Both the position numbers and the translations under genes were made by a program. Under the pieces are notes generated by a model. The model did not search any database and was not told where the DNA came from. It saw only the letters and a program-made list of their open reading frames with translations. From contig CM082576.2 in NCBI GenBank assembly GCA_040954595.2, forward strand, positions 2,392,760-2,456,759: a DNA stretch of 64,000 bases, given 5' to 3'. Source of the stretch: Balanoglossus misakiensis. Taxonomy: Eukaryota; Animalia; Hemichordata. This document shows, one piece after another, positions 12,401 through 30,100 of the stretch; the first letter of the stretch is position 1; every line of letters starts with the position of its first letter.

Positions 12401-15400
12401 ACTTTATCTTCGACCACCGCAAGGTCAATCTTAGTATTGTATTTAACATTGTAAAATAAGCTTTCACATTTTCAAAATTCATAAACATTTTTAAGGCAGT
12501 AATTTACCAGTGGGAGTGTTTCCCTGTTATGATGATATGTGTTATTTAGATTATAAAATGCCACGTTTAAGTTCTGATAGTCAGGGTTGAAAAAAAAAAT
12601 TGCTTCCACCTCTTTAACCAAACACACTGTTACACATAACACTCTTGATCATCAAAGAAGTTCGATCTGGTTTGTGACATGATGGAAACACACCCACAAA
12701 TAAAACACTTTATACAGCAGCTGTCTACATTTTCACCCACATTGCAAATACTTGAGTTCTCGCTGAAGTCTGTTTCATTTCCTAAACTACTTTTGTCATA
12801 AACTGGCAATAGATTATGTATTCCTTATCACTTGTTGAGTGGAAGCATGCACAGCATTCTTAATAAGCAGCCGCAGTAAACTTGGACAGTTATCAAAACC
12901 CAAGTTATTGCAGTGATATGAATGGCAAATAAAGTTTATTTCACAGATTATTCTCACAGTTCAACCACTTCCAGCTTAGCCCCTCTCATTCTTGGTGGCA
13001 AGTTCACATTCAAGGGCAACAAATAATAAGTTCAATGTAAACGACTGCAACCTTGTAACTGTGACTCAATGGGCCTGACTTTTACCTTGGATGCTGTTTC
13101 CAACGGTTTCCAATCTCCCTCCTTAGCTTCTGCCTGCAATGCCACTTTCCAGTCGTCCACTTCAGCCGTGCTTCCAAACTTCAGAAGAATCAGTCGGCTT
13201 TTCTGCAGGAATAAACAAAATATACACCTCAGTCTACTTTCTGGTAAAAAAATAAAGACTCCTCTGGTCTATATAAATATGCACTGGGCAGCCAAAAAAC
13301 TTCAGTGACTTTGTCCCTTCAACTAAATTATAATCATCAGCCCTCAATTTGTGTCATACTACTGTACTCCAAGAAAAAAGCTTGAAATCTGCCATTTGTT
13401 TTTTTCTTCTAAGTACACATATTTCGAAATGCTACTACACACTGTGTTTATCATAACAATTAAGAGTGTTGTAAATATTTAATTCCCCAAATTGTAAATA
13501 GAATTCTGGCTTTTCCATGATACTGCAATAGTAAGCTGTGTCTGCATGTTGACTGTATACAAATTCTATGATTTCTATTCCTCTTGCACAGGAGACTCAA
13601 TCAACTGGTTAACCATGAAGGCATCAATTGTCCACGCACTGTGATGAATATTCTGGTCAAATACTGAAAGAAGCCTCCGGTCTGTTACAAAAGACCATAA
13701 AATGGTCACCCTGTTAGGGGTTAGGTGACATCAGTGACATGTTGCGTCAAAATGACCACTCTGCAACGAGATCTCTCATCCGTAACATTTTGCCATTGTT
13801 GTCAATCCATAAATCAAAGAATCACAAAAAAGCAGTTTTGTGTTGATGATTTTCTTTTATAGGGGAGAACTTAAATTATTTCTTAGCATATTTTATTTGA
13901 AAAGAGACTCACCACATCTCTTATTTCCAGAGTTTTGTTGCCGGCGTCTGTAATAGTGCTTCCCATCAACTGGATGAATCCGAGGGGTTTCTTCTTTTGG
14001 TTATCCTGAAGGATGACACAATAGATGAAGTTAATGGTTGGATGGGGGCTTTCACAGTTTGCACACACAAAACCGCCATTGTACACGTTCATACAATATT
14101 GGTGCACAGACCTGAAGTCCAAAGAGAACTTTCCAACAAGTAAATCATGTTGGTCCATTATGTGACGAACCCTTGGGCAACAATCAATGTGTGCGTTCAG
14201 GTCATGCGGAGGACAATACTACAGTTGTTGAAAACATACACCTAGTACCTACACACACATGCCTGTACACTCTCAAGGTTTCACTGTAATCATAGGTTGG
14301 ATCAAGGATAGTACGCTCTATTCAGCCAGCTGAATTTATTGACCTGTTGTGACCTCAAACTTCACTGTAAACACACACGCCCATGAAAGTGGCAAAGGCA
14401 CCCTACAGAGATATCTATAAACACGAAAAGTCCTGGGAAAGTTCAAGCATCAGACCACTGATACCACTCACTGCTCAAGTCAAGACAAGAATTCTGTACA
14501 AGTTTTGTTTTGAAACGTGAACAGTTCAACTTCTCTTTCAAAACCAAATAAAATGTTCACATATCAATCCAAGTGACATTAGCTGTAACTTGAAATTGTC
14601 TTCTACAATGCTCTGTTTGTCATAACATTTATTCTATGGCTTCTTTACGAAGGACAGTTCCAAAAATAGAAAGTGAGTTAATCACGCCTCAGGCAGTCAT
14701 CCTTGCAAGTCTAAAAAAACAACAGGAAAAAAAAATCAACCTACCTCATAATAGAAGAGATTGCCTTCCTTAGCCCTGAAATACCTTCTTTTCCATCCTT
14801 TCATCAGAGACGCTTTACTCTGGCCGACTGGCAACTTTTCCATGTAGCCTTCCATACGGCAAGTACCGGAATCTTCCAGACCTGGTTGCAGTTCTTGTGT
14901 TTGGCAATACAGTTCCTTCACAAGGGGAGTCTGTCAAAAATGATTCATAATAATTGTCAGAAATTTATTTAAAAAAATAATTTTTGTATTTGATGTACCA
15001 TGTGGATTCAGATCGGATGTTCAAAGCCACTTTGTAAATATTATACTATGGTATAATTTCCCAGTGTCATCAGGAAATGATTTTAAACATTCAGTTTCAG
15101 TGATAACACTCAATATTTATCAACAACCTATTTTTAAATCCAGTAGACTTGAATTGTCATTTTATAATTATAAATTTAGTATAAATGCACAACACAACTC
15201 TGAAAAATATGCTTGGTCCAACGACTGTAATAGCATAGATTGGGCCATGTATTAATATAATAATAAATTTATGCTCTTATTCAGAGCATTTAATTATTAA
15301 CTAAACCTCATTGCATTAATCTTTAATATCAAAAGATCTGAGTCATATTAAAGTACATATTTGATAACTGTCCCTGCCAATTCACACGTCCTGGGATTTT

Positions 15401-17118
15401 CTAGTAAATTCCTTTTAAAGCTCACATAATCGCTGCATCAAGTTATTCCATCCTACTGCTATCTGTGGAAGGCAAGACATTCTCAAGATATTCTTCCCAT
15501 TGACCGGCATTTCAATGCTCATCTGCAGTAAAGTAACACATCCGTATCTGGTTTCACTGTTCTCAATCAGCACAACGTCCCCCACCAACTCGCAGACATG
15601 ATAAACAGTCTGACAACACAGCACACAAACAACGCTGTAAATACCTAATAATGATTCAATTCTATGGATTGCTTTGATATCATTTCTGGCGCAAATTAAA
15701 ATAGCACACCACACTGTGCCAGAAAGTCCTGAATAAAACGGTTATGTTTATTGCAATCTAAATATTAGAGTACATTTACTGACTATAAATAATTTACATG
15801 GTATGCTTTTTCTCCTAAGGATATTATTAGTTTCATGTGTATTCCTCTATTTTTACTGTAAGATTTTAAATTTATATTACCAGAATAGATCAACATCAAG
15901 GGGTACTTCAGGAACAAATTCACAAACTATCACATTAATTTCACTTGAACTGTGTCACTGAATTGGTTTTATATTAATTCTAGTGAGCTAGATTTGCTTC
16001 AGATCTGTCAATGATTACTTCACGTTTGCAGGCCAGACAGACCAATACAGCTTGGGAGGGGGGCATGTAAAATATTTTTTTTAAAATCATCACAGGGGAA
16101 CAACTCAGCAAACAAGACTTAAATTAGAAGTATAATACATATAACTTGGAAAAAGGCAAGTGGAATTCTGCAAAATATCTACATTGTCTATCTTCTCTGG
16201 CCCCCCTCCAAAGCTTGAATGGTCAGTCCCTTAATTTAGATTTGGCTGCTGCTGCTTCACAGCTGCCAGGATACCATATGCTATGAACAGGCTTGGTTAA
16301 ATTTAAACATACATTTTTGATAAAAATAGAAGATTTGTAGCATTAAGTTGTCACACAGTTGCATCTGTAATGATAGTCTACCCTTTTATGTAACATCATC
16401 AACAGCATGCTTTGAAAAAATAATTTAAGAGAAAAATTGGACGTACCGGATCCCAATGTTTCACCCGTTCCATGATACTGAAATCAATGAGAGTGCCACC
16501 TTCTCGAAGATCAGATTTATCAAATACCATTGATCCATCATACTTGTAAATGGTTTTCCTGTTTTCAACATCGTTATTATCTGCGTTATTCGGGACAAAC
16601 TCATCTTGGTTGTTACTTGGACAGAAGGGCTGAATATCAAGATCAAATGATGGAGTCCATTCACTCAGTGGTGTTTCACCACCCGTTGCACCATTCTCCT
16701 CCTCTGCATAAAAGTTATTTGGCTTAAAGTCACTCTCTCCACTCTCTGGCACTGTTTGATTCAGATACAGTTCTTTGCTGTCCAAATCAAACGATGGTGT
16801 CCATTCACTTTGAGGTTCTTCCTGTGTTTTTTGCCTGTTTGCCGACAACACAACTTTTGTGGAGGTTGCAAACTTGAGATCGGACTTGGCCTTTTCACTG
16901 GGTGCCACTGTTGTTGTACATTTTGTCCCACTCTGACCGCTGTCCATTGTGGTGGGTTCTGTCGGAAAGATACCATCTCCACTACTTTGTGCTGGCTTTG
17001 GCTTGGGAGTGAATACAATTTTTGTTTGGGACTTATAGCGTTTAGTGTCACCGTTTTCCACTCCATTTGTTGTGAGGTTTGAAAACCCCTTCCACAACTG
17101 GTCCCCTGTATCTGCCAT
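6433..17118 (-). CDS. PH-domain / actin-related fusion protein, ~742 aa, 13 coding exons
   Basis: Exons 17118-16447, 14930-14745, 14005-13913, 13202-13086, 10780-10553, 10195-10073, 9964-9856, 9668-9524, 9210-9162, 8308-8196, 7933-7787, 7350-7251, 6579-6433 (2229 nt, all GT-AG, phases consistent, no internal stop). PH: MEGYMEKL..KGWKRRYF..LFYYE..PLGFIQL..EVDDWKVALQ. Actin: IVDIGTCSVRAG, FPIRH, EQSIFSLY..TTGVIVDVG, FLKEKVSYVAQDY, ARFRCLEGLFNP, IYLSGGVTLTPGFPERLQAEL, ERYHSAYLGACIL. Confidence 0.85.
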
Positions 17119-18184
17119 GGTCCTTATTAGACTTCTGGTGCAATCTATATTAGCCTTTTGAATATCTTAATCCCTTGATGGGAGTTATATCCCAAGTTTT
17201 TACAATCGCTGCTGTCGTCAGATTCAACCTATAGCCTACAAGGGGTCACCTGACACACCTGGATTTGGAAATAAAATAAAAATTATATATACATATTGTC
17301 AATATGAATACAAAACACCCCAAAAAATAACTCATTTTGATTTTAGAGAATCATATGGCACTTATAGTAACTAGTTTTACCTACATCGTGCTGAGGATAT
17401 AAATTATATGTCGATGTAAACAATTTGGGCTAGGGAAACCACAATTCTCCCATCAACTTGAGATGAAATCAAAGCATACTTCATTAACATACGTCATACA
17501 CATATGACACATGGAGAAACGATAAAATCGATAATTTGTCCGCGTTATCATCTTTTTAATGAGTGGCTTTAAAGGCCTCATAAACGCTATCCCTAATTCA
17601 AGAGCAGTTTACACGTCCAGGGTTATTTTTGGAAAGCGCTCGTCGCTTATCGCAAGTGGATCCCTGTCTATGCCCTGGCCTTTCCCCCGCTAAAAATAAT
17701 CATTCATCGGTGACTGAAGATAACTCACGTCCAGGGCGCACGTTATTATATATACGACCAAAGAGGGGTATACACAGTTTCCAGTGCAGTTCATCACCAC
17801 AATATACTTGATCAGAGAACGGCAACAACAGCAGTTTTATACAAAATATATAAAAACACTCCAGTCATAAACATACTCCAAGTCATTGAAGTAGCGAGTA
17901 AATGATTATTACAACTTGTTGAACGAAGAACCATCGCACACAAGTCACTACCAATGCTGATCGCTTTGACTAAAACAATTCTCGAGAAGTTTTGATGTAG
18001 GTCATGCTTTGGAACACATTTTTGGGGTAACAATAATGATCCTCTTACCAATTCACACACATAAACCGCTTCCGAGAGCTGAGAAATGTTAGACACTTGT
18101 CACACGCCCCAGAAACCAGACAAACTACTTCACCAGATTGACTGGATCTGTCGACTTGTTTATGTGACAAGTTCGACTTCGAGG

Positions 18185-18300
18185 AAAGTCCGACGGAAGT
18201 TACCTGCAGAGGGCGCCTCCATAAAAGCATGACGTCAAAGTAATCTTATTCATTTCTGACCAATGACCTCAGCCAACCCTTCCGGAACACGCCTATAACA
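18185..18300. promoter_or_regulatory. Probable promoter of the PH-actin gene
   Basis: ETS-like cggaagt (~18195), gagggcgc (~18209), CRE tgacgtca (~18230) and ttccgg (~18280), upstream of a minus-strand GTAAG donor near 18047 that could end a non-coding first exon. Inference from motif clustering only. Confidence 0.35.
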
Positions 18301-19627
18301 AAGTAGAAACTGTCGTCTTAAATGTTATTCACCGGAAAGTTATTCAATAGGCGGGAGAAGTCGCGTATATCATATATATTGCACGTTACATTTTGTCTTG
18401 TCTGAGTCACAGCCGGACAGAACTTCATTGGAAAGCTCAAATAAGTACATGTATTTAAATTAAAACGAAACACAAAAGTTTTATTTTATTGCACCGAAAT
18501 AAACTATTTAATCACACACAATGATTGTAGTGTCTCACGATGTTATACAACAGTTACAACCGGAGTCAGTTTTATTGGTAACCATTTTATTTCAAGCAGC
18601 AACTGGCTGGACAACAGTAAACATCCGATACAATGTAAAAAACCTTAACGTAAACCTACCCATACAGTCAATGCAACTGGTCTGTGAAGCAAAAAAACAA
18701 AAAACAAAATAAGCATGACAAGTTTTATATTCTCAACTAGTATTTGAAATATGTTTGTGTGTGCCTGTTTGGCAATATAAGTACACAAAAAATGTACTAG
18801 TATATCAGTCAAAAATAATGTTTAAAGGGTAATTTTTATTACAGTAGAGGTGCAAGTAACTATCTGTAAAGTTACTGAGAAATCCAACATCACTGAAGTG
18901 CTGAAATGAAAACAGTTTGAAATACGGACTCATGACAATGCAAGTATAACTGCCAGTGTAAAGGTTAGTTGGTTCCGCCCTATTTTCATGCAGATATTAA
19001 AATAAACGTTACCAACATTTCAAGTCCCAGAGCATGTACTCTAGAGGGCGCTACACCACTCAACTACCGATGGTTTTCTGATAGATGATATCATGATGTA
19101 GGTTAGAATTTACAAGGTGCTTGCAAATGAGCCATGCATAGGAATATCAGTCTCACTTTTTCATTAAAAGTTAAATTTAAGTCTATCATATTACTGTCCC
19201 CTGTCCAGACACGGTCACTTAGAACTGTGATCTAGTGAACCAGCAGGAAAGAAAAACAAAAATGGCACCAAGTAGAATTACCTTAAACAAAACCGAATAT
19301 AATTTAATATTTGTACTCAATTTATACAAATTAATTGAGTAAGTATGATACTTTTACAAGTCTTGATAAAAGATTCTACTATTTTTATAAAGGCAAATTG
19401 CAAATAAAATACACATCATTTTCTGTACTCAGCTTTGAAAAAAACTCGGGTGTTGTCCACCAAGCTAGTATCAGTAAATGTGTGGATCTGCTGTCACATG
19501 CATTATCAATATATATATTAGTTGTCTCCTATAACCAGAGGCACTTTGAGGTCAGAGAGCACAAGCCCGAAAAAATAATCAAACGCTGTCCCTCTGCGCT
19601 GCTTACAGCACATCGTCATCAACGTTC

Positions 19628-24724
<5,097 letters not shown>

Positions 24725-25704
24725 CTGTGTATCTATCCCGAACTCTTCTTTATTAAATGGTGGATCGCTGACACGACAGTATATCTGATGTATTTGCAGA
24801 AAATAGAAATGACATCGTAAGTCTAGTTCCGCCTGTCTGAACTGTGACCTGATACAGGGGTTAAAGGTCATATATATAATTGCCTGGATATTGCGTGTGC
24901 ACGGCAAACCCATGTTACCATATTACCAGACACATAATCAGGCAAAACATCGACCTACTGGCCACGTCACTACGTAAAAATAGTGTTAATCGATCTAGTA
25001 TCTCCTGGCGACTGTTGGAACCAAATACATCTTGAGGAAATTCATGATCAGTATTGACAATGTAGGTCATCATCATGAGACAGTAAAAAGAGAAGTTGGA
25101 ATTGGAGATAATATAGTTTTGCGCATGCAGTGCAGGATTGTAGTTTTCCGATCCCCCAATATATATTTCTTTTAGTGTGAATGTCTTTCAAGAAAGTGGT
25201 TCATAATATAAGGGAAACAATATCCTGGACTGCGTCTCTTCTGTAGACAAGTTAAAACTTTACTGTCTCTGTCTGTGATCTGAATGATGATCCTTGCAAT
25301 GGAAGTAGATGCAGTATGGAAAAATGAATTTCGCAACAAACATTACACCTATCGACATAATATTTCTAAGACTATGCAATTCTTTAAAAAAAAAGAAGCT
25401 TCAACATATCTGATATCATAGCATTCATGGAAAAACGTCATCGCAATGTTTGAATGGGTGCGAGAGTCCTATTCCGTTACCCCCCCCCCCCACCTTATAA
25501 TATTGGTTCGTCCCTACAAGGAGCCCATTTCTCCGCCAGTTCATGAATCTGGGAGTGGGAGTATGTGATGGAGCTCTCGTACACGTAACTGATTGAATCG
25601 TCGATCCTTCAGAATAGACAGGTTGGTTTGTGTAAAAAAAATCCCAGTGCTGTGTGTGCGTCAATCGCATGGTTGAAACTTTAATCCCAAAGTGACAAAT
25701 CGCC

Positions 25705-27155
25705 ATGGAGTCGAGTGGAGCTGGAGGAGGAAATCCCACATTGCAAATTCAATTACACGCGTGTTCGTTTCAGAGGGTCTGTGGGTTTCTGTTCACCCAT
25801 GTCGGTCTCGCTTTGCTGCTTGTCGTATATGCCATTGTCGGGGCTGCCGTATTTCAAGCCATCGAGCGACCGTTCGAGATCGAAGAAAGGATTTTACTCG
25901 CCGAAAGCAGGCAACGATTTCTGGAGTCGATGTGGAACCTCACCACTCACGAACAACCGGACGACTTCACTCTTTGGGAGGAACTTGCATCGATTGTTCT
26001 CAGGCAATACGAGAACGAGCACGCACGATCTGTAAAACACGGCACTACCGATGATGTACCACCAAAGTGGACATTTTCTGGTTCGCTTTTCTTCTCATGC
26101 ACGGTGTTTACAACCATCGGTAAGCTAAAAAGCTCATCACGATACTTTTTGGACATCTTTACTAGTTTCCTTATCAATTTTAATTTTTCATCACACACTA
26201 CGTACTCAAAAGTTGTTGCACATTTTGTTTATTTTGTGACAGCGGCAAAATATCAATTTTGCATTGCTTTTCATCTTGGCGGGAAACCGCACTTTTTTCG
26301 TCAAATTGATACAATTTACAAATTAAATTTGCGCGCTTTCTTTGAAAGCTAGTACGCATGTGCAGGAACAGCGATGGCAATCACACGTGTACGCGTACGC
26401 GCGAAATTACCCAACGTAGACTAGGAAATCATAATGACTATGATATCCAATTAAAAAATAAAAAGTTTGTACCAAATATTTTCCTTATGTTTGCAGGTTA
26501 TGGCCACATGGCACCAGAAACCACAGGCGGCCGCGTGTTCTGCATGGTGTATGCGTTTTTTGGAATTCCACTGCTGATGTTGGTGCTCGTTGCTATAGGT
26601 ACGCAGTTTGCTAGGGGTGCCAAATTTGCGTATCTGAAACTTCTTCGTTGTGTCTTGCGGCATTTGGACAGAGTTGGCAAGGAGAGAGGTGCGACGCCTG
26701 AAGAAGCAGTGATGGCGCCCTCACAGAGAAATGATCAGAGAGAGAACTTGGCAACTGAAACCGACGTGGAGGTGACAGTGATGGAAAGCGCGAGCGTTGA
26801 CAACAGGAGAAAAGTCAGTGATGAGGATATCGACATTCCAACTCTTGCCGTCATATCTTTCGGATTCCTCTACCTATGCGCACTGGCCGGCATGTTGTCT
26901 CTCTGGGAAGACTGGGATTATTGGGAATGTTTCTACTTCTCCTTCATAACACTGAGCACGATCGGGTTCGGTGACTATGTGCCGGAGCACCCGAAGTTCG
27001 CCATTGCAGCGTCGTTTTTAATTCTTCTCGGGATGACTATCATGACCATGTGCATTGCCCTCTCCCAGAATAAGATTCAGCATTCCTTGGAGTGGGTGGG
27101 TTGGAGGATTGGAGTGAAAGCCAATAGGCCGGAAAGAGTGAGGGCTGAAATCTAA
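25705..27155 (+). CDS. Two-pore-domain potassium channel (K2P, TWiK/KCNK18-like), paralogue A, ~357 aa
   Basis: Exons 25705-26119 and 26497-27155; P1 WTFSGSLFFSCTVFTTIG|YG split by a phase-1 intron, P2 FYFSFITLSTIGFGDYVP; four TM segments. Confidence 0.92.
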
Positions 27156-30100
27156 GCAAAGTCTGACACCTTAAGTATGTTACGTTCACACTTTATATAT
27201 AAATGAGGTTTAAAAATGTGCAGCTGCTATAATGTTTTAGACATTGAGTTGAGTTGTTACACCTGAGCAGTTTTGCCAGTGCCTGTTCTTGTTAATTCAA
27301 TGAGTGAACCTTTATATTAAAGCATAATAAATCGTTCCGTCCACTGTTTTGTAAAACAACCAGTGTTCTGTATTCTTTGATTGAACCCTTTACGACCATG
27401 GTTTGGTACCGCACCATAGCCGTTATAAACGAAGGACCAACAGAAAAGACAGGACGGTCATGATTTACGCCCTCTAGTGGTGTGGGAGATTTCGTAGAAA
27501 TGAGCAAAGATGATAGGCACATATGATGACACGACCAATGAGGGCTTGTCATGGAATTCCAAGCGTGTTTCGGAAACGTCGAAGAGGTGAACGAACTCTT
27601 CCCGACCTTCACAGACCCTTTTCTAAAGATTCACCGACCTTTTTGAAGTTTCTTTTAAAAACGAAACGCATCAAAAACGACCAGAAAAAAAACAATACCG
27701 CCTGTATTAAGGTAGAACTCCGGAACAGAATTTCAGAAAATTATACAAGTGCTCCAACTATTTCCATTCTTTGATATTTAAAAAAAAATCTTGTCATAGA
27801 ATTCTGCGGGGAACAAACGGAACTAATTATTGATGTGAAATTTTCTTAATTGCCCCCACTTTAAGTGCTTTCACACGAAATGATGATCACAGACTCTCTG
27901 TTGCCCAGAAGCGTCAACGAGTGGCAGATAAATAATGTACGTCGGAAAATCGAGCTAGCGCCTTCGACATTTATTGTAATTGCCTTTGCGCTCACACTTG
28001 TAAGTGAAGGTTTTACGTGGCAAGTGCTGTCTCGCTCGAGGTTGTTCATTATTCTTTTCACACGCGAGCAGCTGCCACGAGATCGAGACGAGTGTGGTCG
28101 CATTATGTTGAAATCCCAATCGAAGGTCATAGGTCGGAACACATGCATGGGGTGTTGATGATAATGATGATGATGATGAGGTGGTGATTTGGTGACCATT
28201 CTAACTTTAAAACACTTCAAATACTCTCCAATCCGGAAAGTTTTCGGAGCGTCAAATACTGCGGAAGGTTCACAAATTTACGAGACGGGTTGCGCCGCCA
28301 TTCATCCAACCCATCAAACATAACTGTTTGTCATGAATCTTTTCCAGAGACCGATAAATTATGTCCGGCCTTTGGTCACTGATGAAAGAGGTCAAGTGTG
28401 TTTATTTAATTACAAACAGCGCTGGTGATATTAAAGTAACATGGGCCATGGTCATTGAAACCCACGTCAAATGAACATAGTCGTAAGCTAATGCTGTTTT
28501 ACGAAGCAGCTAATCGCGATTGAGGGAATCATGTGTATGCAAAAAAATAAAAACGATAAATTCCGAATAAAGCATGTGTACACAGTTCATTTAAACAAAT
28601 ATCGCAGATATATAAAATTTTCAACCAATGGGCACCAATTTTTTGCTTTTAAGACTGTCTTGTTTCTTGTGTGGGTTTTTGACTTATTTCAGCAGATTTA
28701 CAATTATGACAAACGGGATATAACATTCACATTAACCCCCCCCCCCCCGCTGTTTTGCTTTCAAGCAAGAATACCAGGCCAAACTGACCTTTACCAGTCG
28801 ACATACCATCGTTAAGTGCTTTCAATAACTTGCTACTCATATACGACTGATTTATCTATTCAACGCTGTTTGAATTTCAAGAAGACTTCGGAATTGACTG
28901 AATTCATTAACAAGATGTCAAAATTCAATTCTAAGTCTGTAATAAGATTAAATCCAATTCAATCGGGTGACATCAGCATGTTATGGCAGAAACTGATGAT
29001 AAAATGGTTTCTTCTAAGACTATAACAAGAAAGTCGCGCTTGCTTCACCAGCGGCTGATCAGAATTTGCTGTCTCCGACAGTCTGTGGTAACCATTTTTA
29101 CTTAACTGTTTCAAATGCATAGATCGTGCAATGTATGAAATTAAGCAGGTAACGTCGCTATCAGCAGTAAAGTGACACGAGAAGAGAAAATTGACAGCGA
29201 TAAACCAATTAGAATGTCATGAGAAAAGGGAATAAGACTGTTTTTTGAGTCGCTTACTATACCTTAAAACAAACTCAGACTCACATATTATAACGACAGG
29301 TAAATACATGGCATTACTCTGAGATGTATATATAAGATTGGCTTGAAGATAAGGGCTCCTTTATGCGTTTCCATGGCAATAATCGATCCGCTATAACAAA
29401 TCGTTTTCATGATCCCTTTTAAGGGCACATCAATATCAGCAACCGCACCCAATAACAAAAACGGTTTTTATTGAAGTCGCCCGCACTTATGTCACTAAAT
29501 CCGGTTATAACGACTTGGGGGAGATTTCAGTGAAGCGTTTGAATATGTACTTTGTTAAAAGACGGGAATTAACAGGTGAAGCTGACATGGAGAAATGTTC
29601 AGCCTTGTGATTATGAGTTTGCTTGTCTCCGCATCTCAGGTACTGAGTCAATATGGGCCAGGGAAAATGTTCCCCGGGCATGCTGGGATCGTTCATGCAG
29701 AGAAAATCGGCAACATAAAATACATGCAAGCCAGAATGAATCACCATCTAGTTAATCCATGCACGGTCATTCCCGCAAGGTGTTTTTTCACTTAAAACTG
29801 ATTTACTACATCTGTGTGCTGTTGTTTTTCCACATACATTTCTTTTACCTGTTCCACAATGCATTGCGCTACCCAAATATTTTTTGGCGCAGGTGACTCA
29901 ATCACTAGTAATCGGATTTACATTTTCATCGGCGATAGATCACGCATTGTGAGTATTATTATAAATTCTATCACTGATGTAAAGAATAAATCAAATATTG
30001 TTTGAGACGGCCGTTGTATATGGAGTAACTAGGAATTGCATATTACCCCGATCCATAAAGCCGTTGTCATGGAAACTTCGTCAAATGACTTTCTCTGGTC

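Noticed and set aside
15426-15522. AG/GT-bounded 97-nt segment in PH-actin intron 1
   Set aside because: Length breaks the phase 0-0 frame and the peptide has no recognisable similarity.
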